Assembly (NCBI GenBank): GCA_964634365.1
Contig: CAZWJU010000003.1
Coordinates: 1-34,889, forward strand
From: an uncultured Candidatus Saccharibacteria bacterium
GTDB taxonomy: Bacteria; Patescibacteriota; Minisyncoccia; Phycocordibacterales; UBA9973
Length of the DNA: 34,889 bases
Reading direction: 5' to 3'
Shown here: one piece after another, positions 33,796-34,889 of the stretch
Layout: each line of letters starts with the position of its first letter
How positions within the stretch are numbered: position 1 is the stretch's first letter
Program-made: the position numbers and the translations under genes
The notes under the pieces: model-generated
Database searches by the model: none
What the model saw: the letters and a program-made list of their open reading frames with translations, nothing else
What the model was told of the DNA's origin: nothing

Positions 33796-34695
33796 TTATT
33801 TTCCAAAGATTATCAAGATCACTCCGAGTGCCACCATACTAATCGGAAGAATTCTGTTCGAAATATCTTCGTTCAAATACTTCTTTGCTAAAAACGCACT
33901 TATTATAATACTAAGTCTTTTCATGCTTATAAGATAAGATGCTTGTGTTAACCCTTGCCCCATCAGCTGAGATAGATTTGAAATACTATCAAAAAAACCT
34001 ATTTTAAATATTTGAAAGAAAGACAAATTTGAAAAAACTTCTTTTATGTGGCTTCTTTTTGTAAGCAAAACTACACAGGTCAACAAAAATGCGATTGCAC
34101 AAGTTCCGATGGCTGCATATGTATAAGGATCCGAATGTCTTATTGCAAGAGTGTGCAAGCTTGTAGTAATTGCCCATATTATAGAAACAAATGTCATATA
34201 TCTTACTCCTTTGTTTTTCCAGATAAAAATAAAAGGATCAAATATTTTTCCATCTTTAGATAAATTATTTAAATAAATTCCAATAGAAACTAATACTATT
34301 CCAAAAAAGGCCAGGTTTGACGGGACATCACCATAAATAATATAGCTAGTTAAAACTACAAATATTGGTGTGAGTCCGAGCATGGGTTGTGCCAATGTGA
34401 GATCCGAAAATCTAAAAGCTCTTACATATAAAACAACGGCTATGGTGTCTAATATTGTTCTAATAGATAGAGCAACCCAGAAAACATTGTCCGTATTAGA
34501 AAATCCAAAAAATATTGAGGGTATGAATATAACCGGTAAAGAAAAAATTATCCAAACCCAAGACAAAACAACTGGGTCAAAATTTTTAGAGACTTTTTTA
34601 ACACTGATGTTAAAAAATGAATTGAAAAATGCCGAAATAAGCCCTAGAATTATCCACATAAAATTTTCTTCATATCTTCTGCTATCATCCCCCAC
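33796..34695 (-). CDS. EamA/DMT-superfamily transporter (10 TM)
   Basis: Two repeats of five TM helices each. The likely true start is the ATG at 34659 (MWIILGLISAFF...), which overlaps the upstream GT4 stop as ATGTGGATAA. Confidence 0.72.
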   Translation of the reverse strand: MGDDSRRYEENFMWIILGLISAFFNSFFNISVKKVSKNFDPVVLSWVWIIFSLPVIFIPSIFFGFSNTDNVFWVALSIRTILDTIAVVLYVRAFRFSDLTLAQPMLGLTPIFVVLTSYIIYGDVPSNLAFFGIVLVSIGIYLNNLSKDGKIFDPFIFIWKNKGVRYMTFVSIIWAITTSLHTLAIRHSDPYTYAAIGTCAIAFLLTCVVLLTKRSHIKEVFSNLSFFQIFKIGFFDSISNLSQLMGQGLTQASYLISMKRLSIIISAFLAKKYLNEDISNRILPISMVALGVILIIFGK

Positions 34696-34889
34696 TCATA
34701 TTTCTCCATTACCATTTTCTTTGCCTTTTCTACAATACGATTTTTTTGTTCTGGATTGTTTTCAAATTTCAAAATTTGCTCCGCAATACTTTTCGGATTT
34801 TCTACTTCACAAAAATATCCTGTCTCGCCATCTTTCAAAAAGTCTGGTATCCCACCAACACTCGTCGCAACAACAGGCAAACCAGTCGC
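34650..34889 (-). CDS. GT4 glycosyltransferase, C-terminal fragment (gene continues beyond the right edge)
   Basis: ..TGLPVVATSVGGIPDFLKDGETGYF.. is the conserved GT4 C-terminal motif. The frame is open to the window edge. Confidence 0.8.
   Translation of the reverse strand, partial: ATGLPVVATSVGGIPDFLKDGETGYFCEVENPKSIAEQILKFENNPEQKNRIVEKAKKMVMEKYEWGMIAEDMKKILCG

Overview
This is an AT-rich bacterial window (roughly one-third G+C by eye) with tightly packed, often overlapping genes. I read it as a small-genome uncultivated lineage, possibly CPR/Patescibacteria-like, but that is a judgement and not verified. No searches were run: every call rests on motifs I recognise in the translations or DNA, and hand-indexed hairpin coordinates may be off by 1-3 nt.

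Left part (1-8.8 kb):
- The 5' ~570 nt of a 23S rRNA lies on the minus strand. It has its own promoter-like element and no 16S or tRNA upstream.
- Several small secreted or membrane proteins follow, one of them extremely Asp/Ser-rich.
- There is a winged-helix regulator and a stand-alone IMP-cyclohydrolase (PurH N-domain) gene.
- rplJ-rplL has a leader attenuator but no rplKA or rpoBC neighbours.
- An orphan HlyD-type adaptor closes this part.

Right part (8.9 kb to the right edge, about 26 kb): one very large surface-glycan locus built from convergent super-operons.
- It encodes a polyprenyl-phosphate glycosyl-1-phosphate transferase, an SDR epimerase, a Wzx flippase and five GT4 enzymes (one partial).
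- It also has GT-A enzymes, a GtrA/GtrB/GT-C module, two CE4 deacetylases and four SAM methyltransferases.
- A LicC-like nucleotidyltransferase, a TagF-like phosphotransferase and an EamA transporter complete it.

The standout is a complete phosphonate operon embedded in this locus (23711-29645, minus strand). It encodes phosphonopyruvate decarboxylase, an Fe-ADH (phosphonoacetaldehyde reductase), a sulfotransferase-fold protein, a cytidylyltransferase::PEP-mutase fusion, and a bi-cupin HEPD/MPnS-family oxygenase. The metal-site spacing of that oxygenase, H-x3-Q...F...I...H, looks like methylphosphonate synthase rather than HEPD. This predicts a methylphosphonate- or hydroxyalkylphosphonate-decorated glycan made by an O2-dependent enzyme in this organism.
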